Part shown: piece after piece, positions 11,009 to 19,771 of the stretch | How the letters are laid out: the number at the start of each line of letters is the position of its first letter | How positions within the stretch are numbered: the first letter of the stretch is position 1 | Origin: Promethearchaeota archaeon | GTDB lineage: Archaea; Asgardarchaeota; Lokiarchaeia; Sigyniarchaeales; SOKP01 | Direction: 5' to 3' | Length of the DNA stretch: 42,150 nt | Assembly: GCA_019058365.1 (NCBI GenBank) | Contig: JAHPZE010000034.1 | Span: forward strand, 1 to 42,150 | The notes under the pieces: generated by a model | The model's database searches: none | What the model was told of the DNA's origin: nothing | Seen by the model: only the letters and a program-made list of their open reading frames with translations | Made by a program: the position numbers and the translations under genes

Positions 11009-11138
11009 TTTTTGTACACTTGCAATCTATATTTGATTTTTCCCATAAGATAAATTAAATACAAAAGATAATTAATCAAAAAAAAATAATAAATTTTAAG
11101 AAAATATCAATAATGTTTATGAAAATAATAATTGGGAT

Positions 11139-13139
11139 TTAATCTTCGTCCCAATCGACATCTACGACTTTCTTTTTCTTTTCTTCTTCTTTTTCCTTAT
11201 CTTTTTTATACGTAGCACCACCGGCTCCTGTCTCACCCATGCCACCTGGTGGAACTCCGCGTGGTGGAGCACCCCCCATACCACTTGCAGCACGTTGAGC
11301 CTGCTCAGCTGCTTGTTGGTAAACTTGATCTTGAGCTTGTGTTTGATAAATTCTTTGAGAAAAACTATACATAGACTTCTGTAAATTTTCGATCCCTAAC
11401 TTAATTCTTTGTAAATCATCACTTTTAATATCTTCTTCCAATGATTTTATAGCAGATTCGATTTCTTGTTTTTCATTTTCTTGAATCTTGTCTTTATTAT
11501 CTTCCATTAATTTCCGTGTTTGATAAATCATAGAATCAGCATTATTTTTAGCTTCTACTAAGTCTCTAATTTTTTTATCTTCTTCTTCAAATTGTTCAGC
11601 CGTTTGTACTTTTTCCTTAATTTCTTCTGGAGTTAACCCTCGCGCACCTGTAACAGTAATCCCCGTTTCCTTTCCTGTTCCTAAATCTTTCGCAGTAACA
11701 TGAACAATACCATCAGCATCAATAGAGAATTTTACCTCTATTTGTGGAATACCTCGAGGAGCAGGTGGAATACCTGTTAAATGAAACATACCCAAAGAGA
11801 TATTATCTTTAGCCATTGCTCTTTCTCCTTGAAGTACATTTATGGTAACAGCTGGTTGATTATCTGCTGCTGTACTAAATACTTGACCTTTCTCCGTAGG
11901 AATTGTACTATTTCGTTCAATTAATTTAGTGAACACACCACCCAATGTTTCAACCCCTAATGAAAGTGGTGTGACATCTAAGAGTAATAAATCTTCCACA
12001 TCTCCAGCTATTACCCCCCCTTGTATTGCTGCTCCAATAGCAACACATTCCATTGGATCAACTGAATGTTCAGGTTCTTTTCCGCCAAAAAATTTCTTGA
12101 ATCTTTGTTGAACAGATGGCATTCTTGTGGGGCCACCAACTAATATAACTTTATCAATATTAATAGCAGATAATTTCGCATCTGAGGTTGCTCTTTGCAT
12201 AATTGGATCGAGTCGCCTAAGAGTCGGTTCGATTAAAGATTCTAATTTTGCTCTCGTGAGTTCCATAGTTAGATGAACGGGATTTCCCTCTTTCTGTGAA
12301 ATATATGGCAGATTGATTGTAGTACTCAATGCTGTGGATAATTCTATTTTTGCTTTTTCACCGGCGTCCTTGATGCGAATCCACGCCTTACTGTCCCCCT
12401 TTAAATCGATTCCTTCTTTCTTTTTAAATTCTTCAGTCACCCAATCAATTATCTGATTATCCATATCAGTCCCACCGAGTTGAGTATCCCCCGCTGTAGA
12501 AAGGACCTCCACGACACCTTCACCGTATTCCATTATTGTTATATCGAAAGTACCGCCCCCTAAGTCTAATACGCAAATTTTCAATAATTTATCTTTAGTA
12601 TTTTTATCTAAACCATAAGCCAAACATGCAGCTGTGGGTTCATTGATCATTCTTACAACTTCTAAACCCGCAATTTCGCCTGCATTTTTTGTAGCAGTTC
12701 GCTGAGCGTCATTGAAGTATGCGGGGACTGTGATCACCGCTTTAGATACTTCTTCACCTAAATAAGCAGAAGCATCAGTTTTGATTTTTTTAAGTATCAT
12801 AGCACTTATTTCCTCGGGGGAAAATTCTTGCCACTTATCTCCTACCTTTAATTTTGCTTTGTATGTCGTTCCCATTTTACGTTTAATGGCTGTTACTGTT
12901 CCATCTGGATTTGAAACAGCTTGACGGCGAGCAGGTTCCCCCACTATTTTACGTCCAGTCTCGTCAAAAGCCACATAAGATGGAAAAGCTTTTCCTCCAA
13001 GAGTTCTACCTTCTGCAGCTGGGACAATCTCTGGTTTACCGGTTCCAGTCAGAACTGCACAGGCACTATTTGATGTTCCCAAGTCTATTCCAATTATTTT
13101 CTCTTTTCTTTTTGGCTTTTCAGTTTTTTCTTCACTCAT
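11139..13139 (-). CDS. dnaK: Chaperone DnaK (Hsp70)
   Basis: [27 protein letters not shown] and [14 protein letters not shown] signatures. Confidence 0.98.
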   Translation of the reverse strand: MSEEKTEKPKRKEKIIGIDLGTSNSACAVLTGTGKPEIVPAAEGRTLGGKAFPSYVAFDETGRKIVGEPARRQAVSNPDGTVTAIKRKMGTTYKAKLKVGDKWQEFSPEEISAMILKKIKTDASAYLGEEVSKAVITVPAYFNDAQRTATKNAGEIAGLEVVRMINEPTAACLAYGLDKNTKDKLLKICVLDLGGGTFDITIMEYGEGVVEVLSTAGDTQLGGTDMDNQIIDWVTEEFKKKEGIDLKGDSKAWIRIKDAGEKAKIELSTALSTTINLPYISQKEGNPVHLTMELTRAKLESLIEPTLRRLDPIMQRATSDAKLSAINIDKVILVGGPTRMPSVQQRFKKFFGGKEPEHSVDPMECVAIGAAIQGGVIAGDVEDLLLLDVTPLSLGVETLGGVFTKLIERNSTIPTEKGQVFSTAADNQPAVTINVLQGERAMAKDNISLGMFHLTGIPPAPRGIPQIEVKFSIDADGIVHVTAKDLGTGKETGITVTGARGLTPEEIKEKVQTAEQFEEEDKKIRDLVEAKNNADSMIYQTRKLMEDNKDKIQENEKQEIESAIKSLEEDIKSDDLQRIKLGIENLQKSMYSFSQRIYQTQAQDQVYQQAAEQAQRAASGMGGAPPRGVPPGGMGETGAGGATYKKDKEKEEEKKKKVVDVDWDED

Positions 13140-13394
13140 AATAGTTCCATCTTATTTTCTTGGATTTATTTGTATTTACACAATTAATTTTGAATGATTT
13201 TTTAGAATATAATAATTTAATTATTTTAAATTGTAAATTTACTGTTGATAATTTACTATTGTTAGGTAATTTAAATACAATTAAAAATTTTATTTATAAA
13301 GATCTCTAAGTCATAAAATTAAAAAAAGTTTATCGATTTTAAAACATATATACATAATTCAATACAATTAATTATGAATTAAAAGGGAACTGGT

Positions 13395-14216
13395 ATGGCA
13401 GACAGTAATAACAATGATTCAAAAGAAGGAGTTGAACAAGATATATCTTCTGATATTAAGTCAGCAGAAGAACAAGAAAATATCAAAAGTAAAATATCAA
13501 GTGAAGAAGTAAAAAGATTAGAAGAAAAAGAGCATTATGAATTAGATTATTTTTCTAAAGAAGATTTAGTCAAGGAAAAGGAAAATCTTGAAAAACAATT
13601 AAAAGAATTAAAAGAAAAGACTGAGAAATTACAGAAAGAGACTAGTGAGTCTAAGAATAAATTTATGCATCTGCAAGCTGAATTTGAAAATGCTCAAAAA
13701 AGATGGGATAAAAATCGACAAAATTTAAGAATTGAATATACAGCTTCAGTTTTAAAGAATTTCTTACCTTTATATGACTCTTTTAAAAAAGCTCTTGAGA
13801 GTGCGAACGAAGCGGAAAAAAAAATCATTGATGGATTTTACACCCAATTTATGAATATATTCAAATCTTATGGTTCTGAGCCAATAAAAGCTGAAATTAA
13901 CGATGAATTTGATTATAGTATACATGAAGCATTAACATCTATCGAAAAAGAAGATGTTCCAGAAAATAGGATATTAGAAATAGTCCAAGATGGTTTCAAA
14001 TATGGTAAAGAGATTATCCGTTATACTAAAGTTATAACCTCAAGAAAACCAAAACCTCCTGAACCAGAACCCGAAGAAAAAGAGTTTGAAGAAGAGGAAA
14101 GCGAAGTACCAATAAAAGAAGAAGAAATAATTGAACATAAAGAAACAGAGGAAAAAGAAGGAAAAGAAAAAAAGCACAAAAAACATAAGAAAGAAGAGGA
14201 TAAGGAAAGTTCATAG
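13395..14216 (+). CDS. grpE: Nucleotide exchange factor GrpE with a long charged C-terminal tail
   Basis: Coiled coil, AEFENAQKR, FDYSIHEA and EIVQDGF; divergent from dnaK. Confidence 0.93.
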   Translation: MADSNNNDSKEGVEQDISSDIKSAEEQENIKSKISSEEVKRLEEKEHYELDYFSKEDLVKEKENLEKQLKELKEKTEKLQKETSESKNKFMHLQAEFENAQKRWDKNRQNLRIEYTASVLKNFLPLYDSFKKALESANEAEKKIIDGFYTQFMNIFKSYGSEPIKAEINDEFDYSIHEALTSIEKEDVPENRILEIVQDGFKYGKEIIRYTKVITSRKPKPPEPEPEEKEFEEEESEVPIKEEEIIEHKETEEKEGKEKKHKKHKKEEDKESS

Positions 14217-14342
14217 TTCAATTATGTGAAATTTATATTATTTAACCTAAAAGATTAATAGGTTTCCTATGTTATAAAAAATAAATTAAACTAAGAAATA
14301 GCTTAAAAAAATTACATTAAAATTTAGAGCTGAGATTAAAAA

Positions 14343-14603
14343 ATGGCAGAGGAACCTCAACTTCCAGCTATTCCCGCGATAGGAGATATCCTAGACAGAA
14401 AAAAAAGGTTTATTGAAAAAAAGCACACTGTAATTAAATGTAAAAGCTGTTCTGAGAGTTTTTCACGCACATTCAAACCTGGAGATTATGTATTTAAAAA
14501 ATTAACAGAAGAAGAATGTGAAAAATGTCATAAGACAAAATCATTAACAATTATAGAGATCTACTCTGAATGGATTGACCCTAAAAAAAAAAAAAGTAGC
14601 TAG
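14343..14603 (+). CDS. Small archaeal zinc-binding hypothetical protein
   Basis: CKSC...RTFKPGDYVFK...CEKC. Confidence 0.7.
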   Translation: MAEEPQLPAIPAIGDILDRKKRFIEKKHTVIKCKSCSESFSRTFKPGDYVFKKLTEEECEKCHKTKSLTIIEIYSEWIDPKKKKSS

Positions 14604-14650
14604 GTCTCAACACTTTAATTTGTTAAAAAAAATGAGATTTTGTTTATTAT

Positions 14651-15286
14651 TTAGTTTTTAGTTCTTTTTCTATTAATCAGAATATATAGGCATCCCAAAG
14701 CTAAACCAAATGCAATTAAAATTGAGACGAACATAACAAACCCTAAGATACCGAGTGCGTTGATATCTAGAAAGTAATACAAATAATTACTTGTAATTGT
14801 GCCATGGATAACTGCGAATATTATATAACATAATGGATATATGATCCAATAGAGTAAATAGTTCCATTTGTATCTCACTTTAGTTTCTGTTAAAACCCAA
14901 TCGATGATGAATGCGATTGGAGTAATATAATGTAGAACTAGATTACTAAATGCTGCGAATCCTGTTGGTTGGTAAAAGGGACTTAAAAGAATTGCAAAGA
15001 CTACAAAGGTTATTGTTATATACATAGTAAAAGCACCTTTTAGAGGTCCCATAATTTTATCAAGTGATTCGGGTTTATTATGCCAAATAATTGCTAATGT
15101 AAACCATATTGTAACTATTAAGTTAGTTTGCATAGTGAAAGCTTTAAAGCTATTAAACCAAGGAAGAACTGTTCCATAAGTAAAGGTATAGATTAAAGCA
15201 CTTGCTATTATAGTAAACCAACTTAACGAAGCAAAAATTACACGATAAATTAAAAGATTTTTACTCGATAGAGTTAAATTTTTCAT
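14651..15286 (-). CDS. Pr6Pr / FAR-17a-AIG1-like integral membrane protein
   Basis: About 6 TM, with FTMQTN, LHYITP, YPLCY and YLYYFLD motifs. Confidence 0.8.
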   Translation of the reverse strand: MKNLTLSSKNLLIYRVIFASLSWFTIIASALIYTFTYGTVLPWFNSFKAFTMQTNLIVTIWFTLAIIWHNKPESLDKIMGPLKGAFTMYITITFVVFAILLSPFYQPTGFAAFSNLVLHYITPIAFIIDWVLTETKVRYKWNYLLYWIIYPLCYIIFAVIHGTITSNYLYYFLDINALGILGFVMFVSILIAFGLALGCLYILINRKRTKN

Positions 15287-15522
15287 TTTTATAACATCCT
15301 TAAAAAATTTAGATATTTATTTAGCAAGAGGAATAAAATTATAAATATTTCTTTTTCACCTTTTAGGATTATAACTAAAAATAATTGAATTTTCTATTTC
15401 TAAAGTTCCTTTATTTTCTCTAACTATAAACTAATTGTATAAACACAATTGAGGTGTATATTTTAATAAAGAGAATAAAATATATTATATAGGGACTGAA
15501 CATTATTAATATTTGAAAAATC

Positions 15523-15876
15523 TTGCAACGTCTAAAAGAAATTTCGGAAAAAATTTCGAATAGAAAAATAAAATTAAGAAAATCTTTGGACTCAATAATA
15601 AGACAATTAAAGGATTTTGGAGCAATTAAAGTATATCTTTTTGGATCGTTTGCTAGAGATGAAATCGATGTAAATAGTGATATTGATTTATTAGCTATTA
15701 TGCCTTCAAATAAAACAGGAAAAGAATGGTTAAGTTTTATTTATAGTAATATTAAAAGAGATATTGCTTCAGATATTATTGTGTTTAATGATAATGAATT
15801 TAGGAATCAATTATCATCAAATTCATTTTTAAAGAATATTATCAACTCAGGGAGATTAGTATATGAAAAAGCCTAA
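15523..15876 (+). CDS. Minimal nucleotidyltransferase (MNT), antitoxin-like partner of HEPN
   Basis: LFGSFARDEIDVNSDIDL (GS...DxD motif). Confidence 0.88.
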   Translation: MQRLKEISEKISNRKIKLRKSLDSIIRQLKDFGAIKVYLFGSFARDEIDVNSDIDLLAIMPSNKTGKEWLSFIYSNIKRDIASDIIVFNDNEFRNQLSSNSFLKNIINSGRLVYEKA

Positions 15877-16279
15877 AAAAGAAGAAGCTTTAAGATGGTT
15901 TACGTACGCAAAAGATGAATTCACAGATGCAGATGAATTAAGAAAAAGAAAACGGTTTTATTTGGCTTTATTTCATTTCCAACAATCAACTGAAAAAGCG
16001 CTTAAAGCATATTTGTATTTAAAGGTGAAATCTATTGAAATTTTTTATACGCATTCTATAAATGATCTAATTAATATGGTAATTGAAATTGATCGAGATT
16101 TTAAAGAACTAATATCTGTAAAAAAGCTTGATCAATATTACATCCCTACTAGATATCCCAATGGTCTTCCTGGGGGTATTCCATCAAGATATTATGATGA
16201 TCCTGAAGAAGCAGAAAATGCTATGCTGCTAGCAAAAAGTATAATTAACTTAGTTGAAAAAAAAATAAATCAAGAATAA
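15863..16279 (+). CDS. HEPN domain protein
   Basis: FHFQQSTEKALKA, THSI and YIPTRYP; overlaps the MNT gene. Confidence 0.88.
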   Translation: MKKPKKEEALRWFTYAKDEFTDADELRKRKRFYLALFHFQQSTEKALKAYLYLKVKSIEIFYTHSINDLINMVIEIDRDFKELISVKKLDQYYIPTRYPNGLPGGIPSRYYDDPEEAENAMLLAKSIINLVEKKINQE

Positions 16280-16305
16280 TTTATTCCATAATAGAATGCT
16301 TTTTA

Positions 16306-17304
16306 TTATTCCTTTTCAAGTCCTAGCATCTTTATTATTAAATTTACCATAGAATAAGGATCTAACGATTTCTGAATAGCTTGATCTATATATTTTCCAA
16401 TTTCTTTGTCAGAATTAAGTAATTTTTCAACTTTTTCAGTTAATTTGTGTTTTAAAATCTGTAAGGTCTCATTTGTAATCCTATTTTTCATATAGTTCGA
16501 AATAACTCCTGATTCTTTTAAGAAGAATTCATGCTTTTTTATTAATTTAAGGAGCTCATCGAAATTTTCACCAGATCTGGAATTCACTTTTGTGATTTCT
16601 GGTGTCCACAGTTCTATTTTAGCATATTTTTCACTGAGATCCTTTGAATCGTATTTATAATTATTTCTAAATTCTAGCATTTGTTTTATCTCAGATACTT
16701 TTTTATCAGCTCCAGGAAAATCCATTTTATTTACAACAAATATATCTGTTATTTCCATTATACCCGATTTTATCGCTTGAATATCATCTCCTAACCCGGG
16801 TACTAATAAAACTACAATAGTTTGCGCAGATTTGAAGATATCAACTTCAGATTGTCCCACACCAACAGTCTCAATAATTATGATATCGCACGCATAAGCA
16901 TCAAGAATTTTTATTACATCCTCTGTAGCTCTAGCAAGGCCACCCAATTGTCCTCTATTAGCCATACTCCTAATAAAGACATTTTTGAGTGAGAAATTCT
17001 GTTTCATACGGATTCTATCTCCTAAGAGAGCGCCACCAGTTAAAGGGGACGTTGGATCAACGCAGATTATTCCAACCTTTTTACCTTCTTCAACATAAAA
17101 TTTAGTTAATGTTGAAATAAATGTCGATTTACCTGTTCCTGGAGCCCCCGTAATTCCTAATATATATGCTTTGCCAGTATACTTATAAATTGAGTTGACA
17201 ATTTCTTCAGCAGCATCAATATCATTCTCAACAAAAGTAATTAAACGAGCAACAGCTCTCGGATTGCCTTTTAATAGTTGAGAAATAAAATTAGAATAAT
17301 CCAT
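16306..17304 (-). CDS. meaB: Acyl-CoA mutase-associated GTPase metallochaperone MeaB/ArgK
   Basis: GITGAPGTGKST, VDPTSPLTGGALLGDRIRM, ETVGVGQSE and NKMD; in the operon with the mutase. Confidence 0.95.
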   Translation of the reverse strand: MDYSNFISQLLKGNPRAVARLITFVENDIDAAEEIVNSIYKYTGKAYILGITGAPGTGKSTFISTLTKFYVEEGKKVGIICVDPTSPLTGGALLGDRIRMKQNFSLKNVFIRSMANRGQLGGLARATEDVIKILDAYACDIIIIETVGVGQSEVDIFKSAQTIVVLLVPGLGDDIQAIKSGIMEITDIFVVNKMDFPGADKKVSEIKQMLEFRNNYKYDSKDLSEKYAKIELWTPEITKVNSRSGENFDELLKLIKKHEFFLKESGVISNYMKNRITNETLQILKHKLTEKVEKLLNSDKEIGKYIDQAIQKSLDPYSMVNLIIKMLGLEKE

Positions 17305-17312
17305 TCTATTAA

Positions 17313-17740
17313 TTATCTTTTCAGGTTATTTTTAACAAATTCAACGATTGTTTTTAAATTAGTACCAGGACCATAAAATCCTTTTAATCCATGGTTTTCT
17401 AAAAATACTTTATCTTCATCTGGAATAATCCCCCCTACAGCTACAAGAACATCATCTATACCATTTTCTTTTAATTTTTCCATGATTAAAGGACATAACG
17501 CATTATGAGCCCCAGATAACATACTTAACATAACAGCATCTGGATCTTCTTGTATAACTGTATTAACTACATCATCCGGGGTCTGATGTATTCCAGTGTA
17601 AATTACTTCCATTCCTGCATCCCTTAATGCTCTAGCTAAGACTTTGGCTCCCCTGTCATGCCCGTTAAGCCCGAGGACTACAAATCCTCGTCAAGCCCGG
17701 GCTTACAAACCAAAACCTTAATTTTTTTTTTCTCATTCAT
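17313..17740 (-). CDS. B12-dependent acyl-CoA mutase small (cobalamin-binding) subunit, split by a 26-nt intron: exon 1 17740-17692, exon 2 17665-17313, 133 aa
   Basis: Joined reading [41 protein letters not shown]...SMLSGAH...VGGIIP; 49+353 nt = 134 codons; AAGGAG 10 nt upstream of the ATG. The ORF track shows only the last 99 aa, which lack DxHxxG. Confidence 0.88.
17666..17691 (-). other. Candidate bulge-helix-bulge (BHB) mRNA intron, 26 nt (ACGAGGAUUUGUAGUCCUCGGGCUUA)
   Basis: The sense RNA GCCCG-GGCU-UGA-CGAGGA-UUUGUAG-UCCUCG-GGCU-UAA-CGGGC forms a 5-bp exon helix, a 4-bp central helix, two 3-nt bulges and a 6-bp intron helix; canonical cuts restore frame and motif. Confidence 0.85.
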
Positions 17741-17750
17741 TTTTAATTTT

Positions 17751-17756
17751 CTCCTT
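17751..17756 (-). promoter_or_regulatory. Shine-Dalgarno-like AAGGAG for the small mutase subunit
   Basis: 10 nt upstream of the ATG at 17740, overlapping the stop codon of the large subunit. Confidence 0.55.
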
Positions 17757-19410
17757 AAAAAATTGAATCTTCATAATAAGTCCCAAAGATCTCTTTTAAT
17801 GCATTTATAATTTCTCCAATTGATGTGTATTCCCGTACTGCATCTATAATAAAAGGCATTAAATTTTCTGTTCCTCTGGCTGCTTCTTTTAGTCTTTTTA
17901 ATTTTTCTTGTACTTTATCATTATTTCTTTCTTTTTTCAATTTATTGAGTTTTCTAATTTGTTCACTCGCAACCTCTTCATCAATTTTTAACAATGGCAC
18001 TGAGCATGGTTCTCTTTGCTCAAATTGATTTACAGCTACAATTTTTCTTTCTCTATTCTCTATTTCCCGCTGGTATTTATAAGACGCATTTGCAATCTCT
18101 TTTTGAAAGAAATTAGCCTTTATTGCTGGAACAACCCCACCAAGGTCTTCAATCCTTTTAAAATAATTTTCTGCCTCTTCTTCCATCCTATTTGTGAGCC
18201 ATTCAACATAATAAGACCCTGCTAAAGGATCAACAGTATCTGTTACTCCTGACTCATATGCAATTATTTGTTGAGTTCTTAAAGCTATTTTTACAGCATT
18301 TTCTGTTGGAAGACATAGAGCTTCGTCAAATGAATTAGTGTGTAAAGATTGTGTTCCTCCTAGAACTGAAGCTAACCCCTGAATTGTTACTCTAGCAATA
18401 TTATTTTCTGGTTCTTGAGCTGCCAGTGAAACACCAGCAGTTTGAGTATGGAATCGTAATCGCATTGATTCGGGCTTTTTTGCTCCATATCTATTTTTCA
18501 TGTGTCTAGCCCATATCCGTCTAGCAGCTCGGTATTTGCAAATTTCCTCAAAGAAATTATTATGAGAATTAAAAAAGAAAGATAAACGAGGAGCAAAATC
18601 ATCAATATCTAACCCCCTCTCGATAGCAGCTTCTACATAAGCAAATCCATTGGCTAATGTAAATGCTAATTCTTGAACTGCTGTAGATCCTGCTTCTCTT
18701 ATATGGTATCCACTAATACTAATTGCATACCATTGGGGTACATGTTTAGTGCAATACTCTATTGTATCAACTATAATTCGCATCGATGGTTCAGGAGGAA
18801 AAATCCATGACTTTTGAGCAATATACTCCTTTAAAATATCATTTTGAATGGTTCCTCTTAATTGTTCTGGAGTATGGCCCTGTTTTTCAGCGGTCACAAT
18901 ATATAAAGCTAATAAAATGGAAGCAGGACCATTTATAGTCATAGATGTACTTATTTTTGAGAGATCAATACCATCAAATAAAGTTTCCATGTCTTTTAAA
19001 GAGTCTATTGCAACACCCTCTTTTCCAATTTCTCCTAAAGCTCTTTGATCAGTTGCTTCAATGCCATAAATAGTGTGTAGACTAAATGCTACACTTAATC
19101 CAGTATTCCCATGATCAATTAAAAATTTATATCGTTCATTGGTTTGTTCTGCATTTCCAAATCCTGCGAATTGACGCATTGTCCATAGTTGCCCGCGATA
19201 CATGTTTGGATAAGCTCCCCGAGTGAACGGAAATTGTCCTGGAAATCCTAAATCAAGAGCATAATTAAAATCTTTAATATCATTAGGAGTATATAATCTT
19301 TTAATTTCGATTTCAGATAAATTTCTGAAACTTTGCTTTCTTTCTTTTTTTAATGAGATAGAATTCTCCCAATCTTCCATTTCTTGTTTAATATTATCAA
19401 ATTCAGTCAT
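17755..19410 (-). CDS. B12-dependent acyl-CoA mutase large subunit (methylmalonyl-CoA mutase family; isobutyryl-CoA mutase-like specificity residues)
   Basis: PGQFPFTRG, WTMRQFAGFG, QNDILKEYIAQ, SISGYHIREAG and GGTQSLHTNSFDEAL. Confidence 0.93.
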   Translation of the reverse strand: MTEFDNIKQEMEDWENSISLKKERKQSFRNLSEIEIKRLYTPNDIKDFNYALDLGFPGQFPFTRGAYPNMYRGQLWTMRQFAGFGNAEQTNERYKFLIDHGNTGLSVAFSLHTIYGIEATDQRALGEIGKEGVAIDSLKDMETLFDGIDLSKISTSMTINGPASILLALYIVTAEKQGHTPEQLRGTIQNDILKEYIAQKSWIFPPEPSMRIIVDTIEYCTKHVPQWYAISISGYHIREAGSTAVQELAFTLANGFAYVEAAIERGLDIDDFAPRLSFFFNSHNNFFEEICKYRAARRIWARHMKNRYGAKKPESMRLRFHTQTAGVSLAAQEPENNIARVTIQGLASVLGGTQSLHTNSFDEALCLPTENAVKIALRTQQIIAYESGVTDTVDPLAGSYYVEWLTNRMEEEAENYFKRIEDLGGVVPAIKANFFQKEIANASYKYQREIENRERKIVAVNQFEQREPCSVPLLKIDEEVASEQIRKLNKLKKERNNDKVQEKLKRLKEAARGTENLMPFIIDAVREYTSIGEIINALKEIFGTYYEDSIF

Positions 19411-19771
19411 ATAAATAATCTCTCTAAGGTTAACTTGAAAGTTTAATCTATTATTCTATAAATGTTGATTCTTCAATTAGATAAGAGTTTAAAATTATTT
19501 TAACTTTATTTTATTCTTTTCAATGAAAAAATAAGATTGTTAAAAATGGAAAGTAAATTTAAAGTTATAATTATTAATAACGAGAAGGAAGAATGGACAC
19601 AACGACAAGTAAGAGGTGTAATAAAATCCAAAATTTCTCTGAAATGATAGTTAAATTTCTTGATCTTACTTAATTTACAAGAGGGGCATTTTTTTAAAAA
19701 TATCCGCAATAGCTCGTTCACGAATCTCTCTTTCATTTTTAAGACTTATTTTTAAAACTTCGAATCTTAAT

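Larger units (their letters stand above)
7943..11010 (+). repeat. Tandem duplication, unit about 1.6 kb (about 7943-9400 and about 9538-11010), including about 180 nt of upstream DNA
   Basis: Near-identical upstream DNA (AAAATTTAATTTTTTAGGTAT...) and gene ends; offset 1595 nt at the start and 1610 nt at the end (15-nt insertion in copy 2). Confidence 0.92.

Noticed and set aside
17313-17612. The 99-aa ORF as the complete small subunit
   Set aside because: It lacks the DxHxxG motif, which lies upstream across the 26-nt insert.
17666-17691. Programmed frameshift, stop readthrough or mobile-element footprint as the explanation for the insert
   Set aside because: A frameshift would leave extra residues next to the cobalt-ligand motif and must also bypass or precede the UAG. 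No transposase is nearby. The exact BHB geometry explains the boundaries better, although origin by duplication remains possible.
19506-19736. 76-aa minus-strand ORF and a short plus-strand ORF in the mutase/rSAM intergenic region
   Set aside because: No recognisable family; at most these are unassignable gene fragments.
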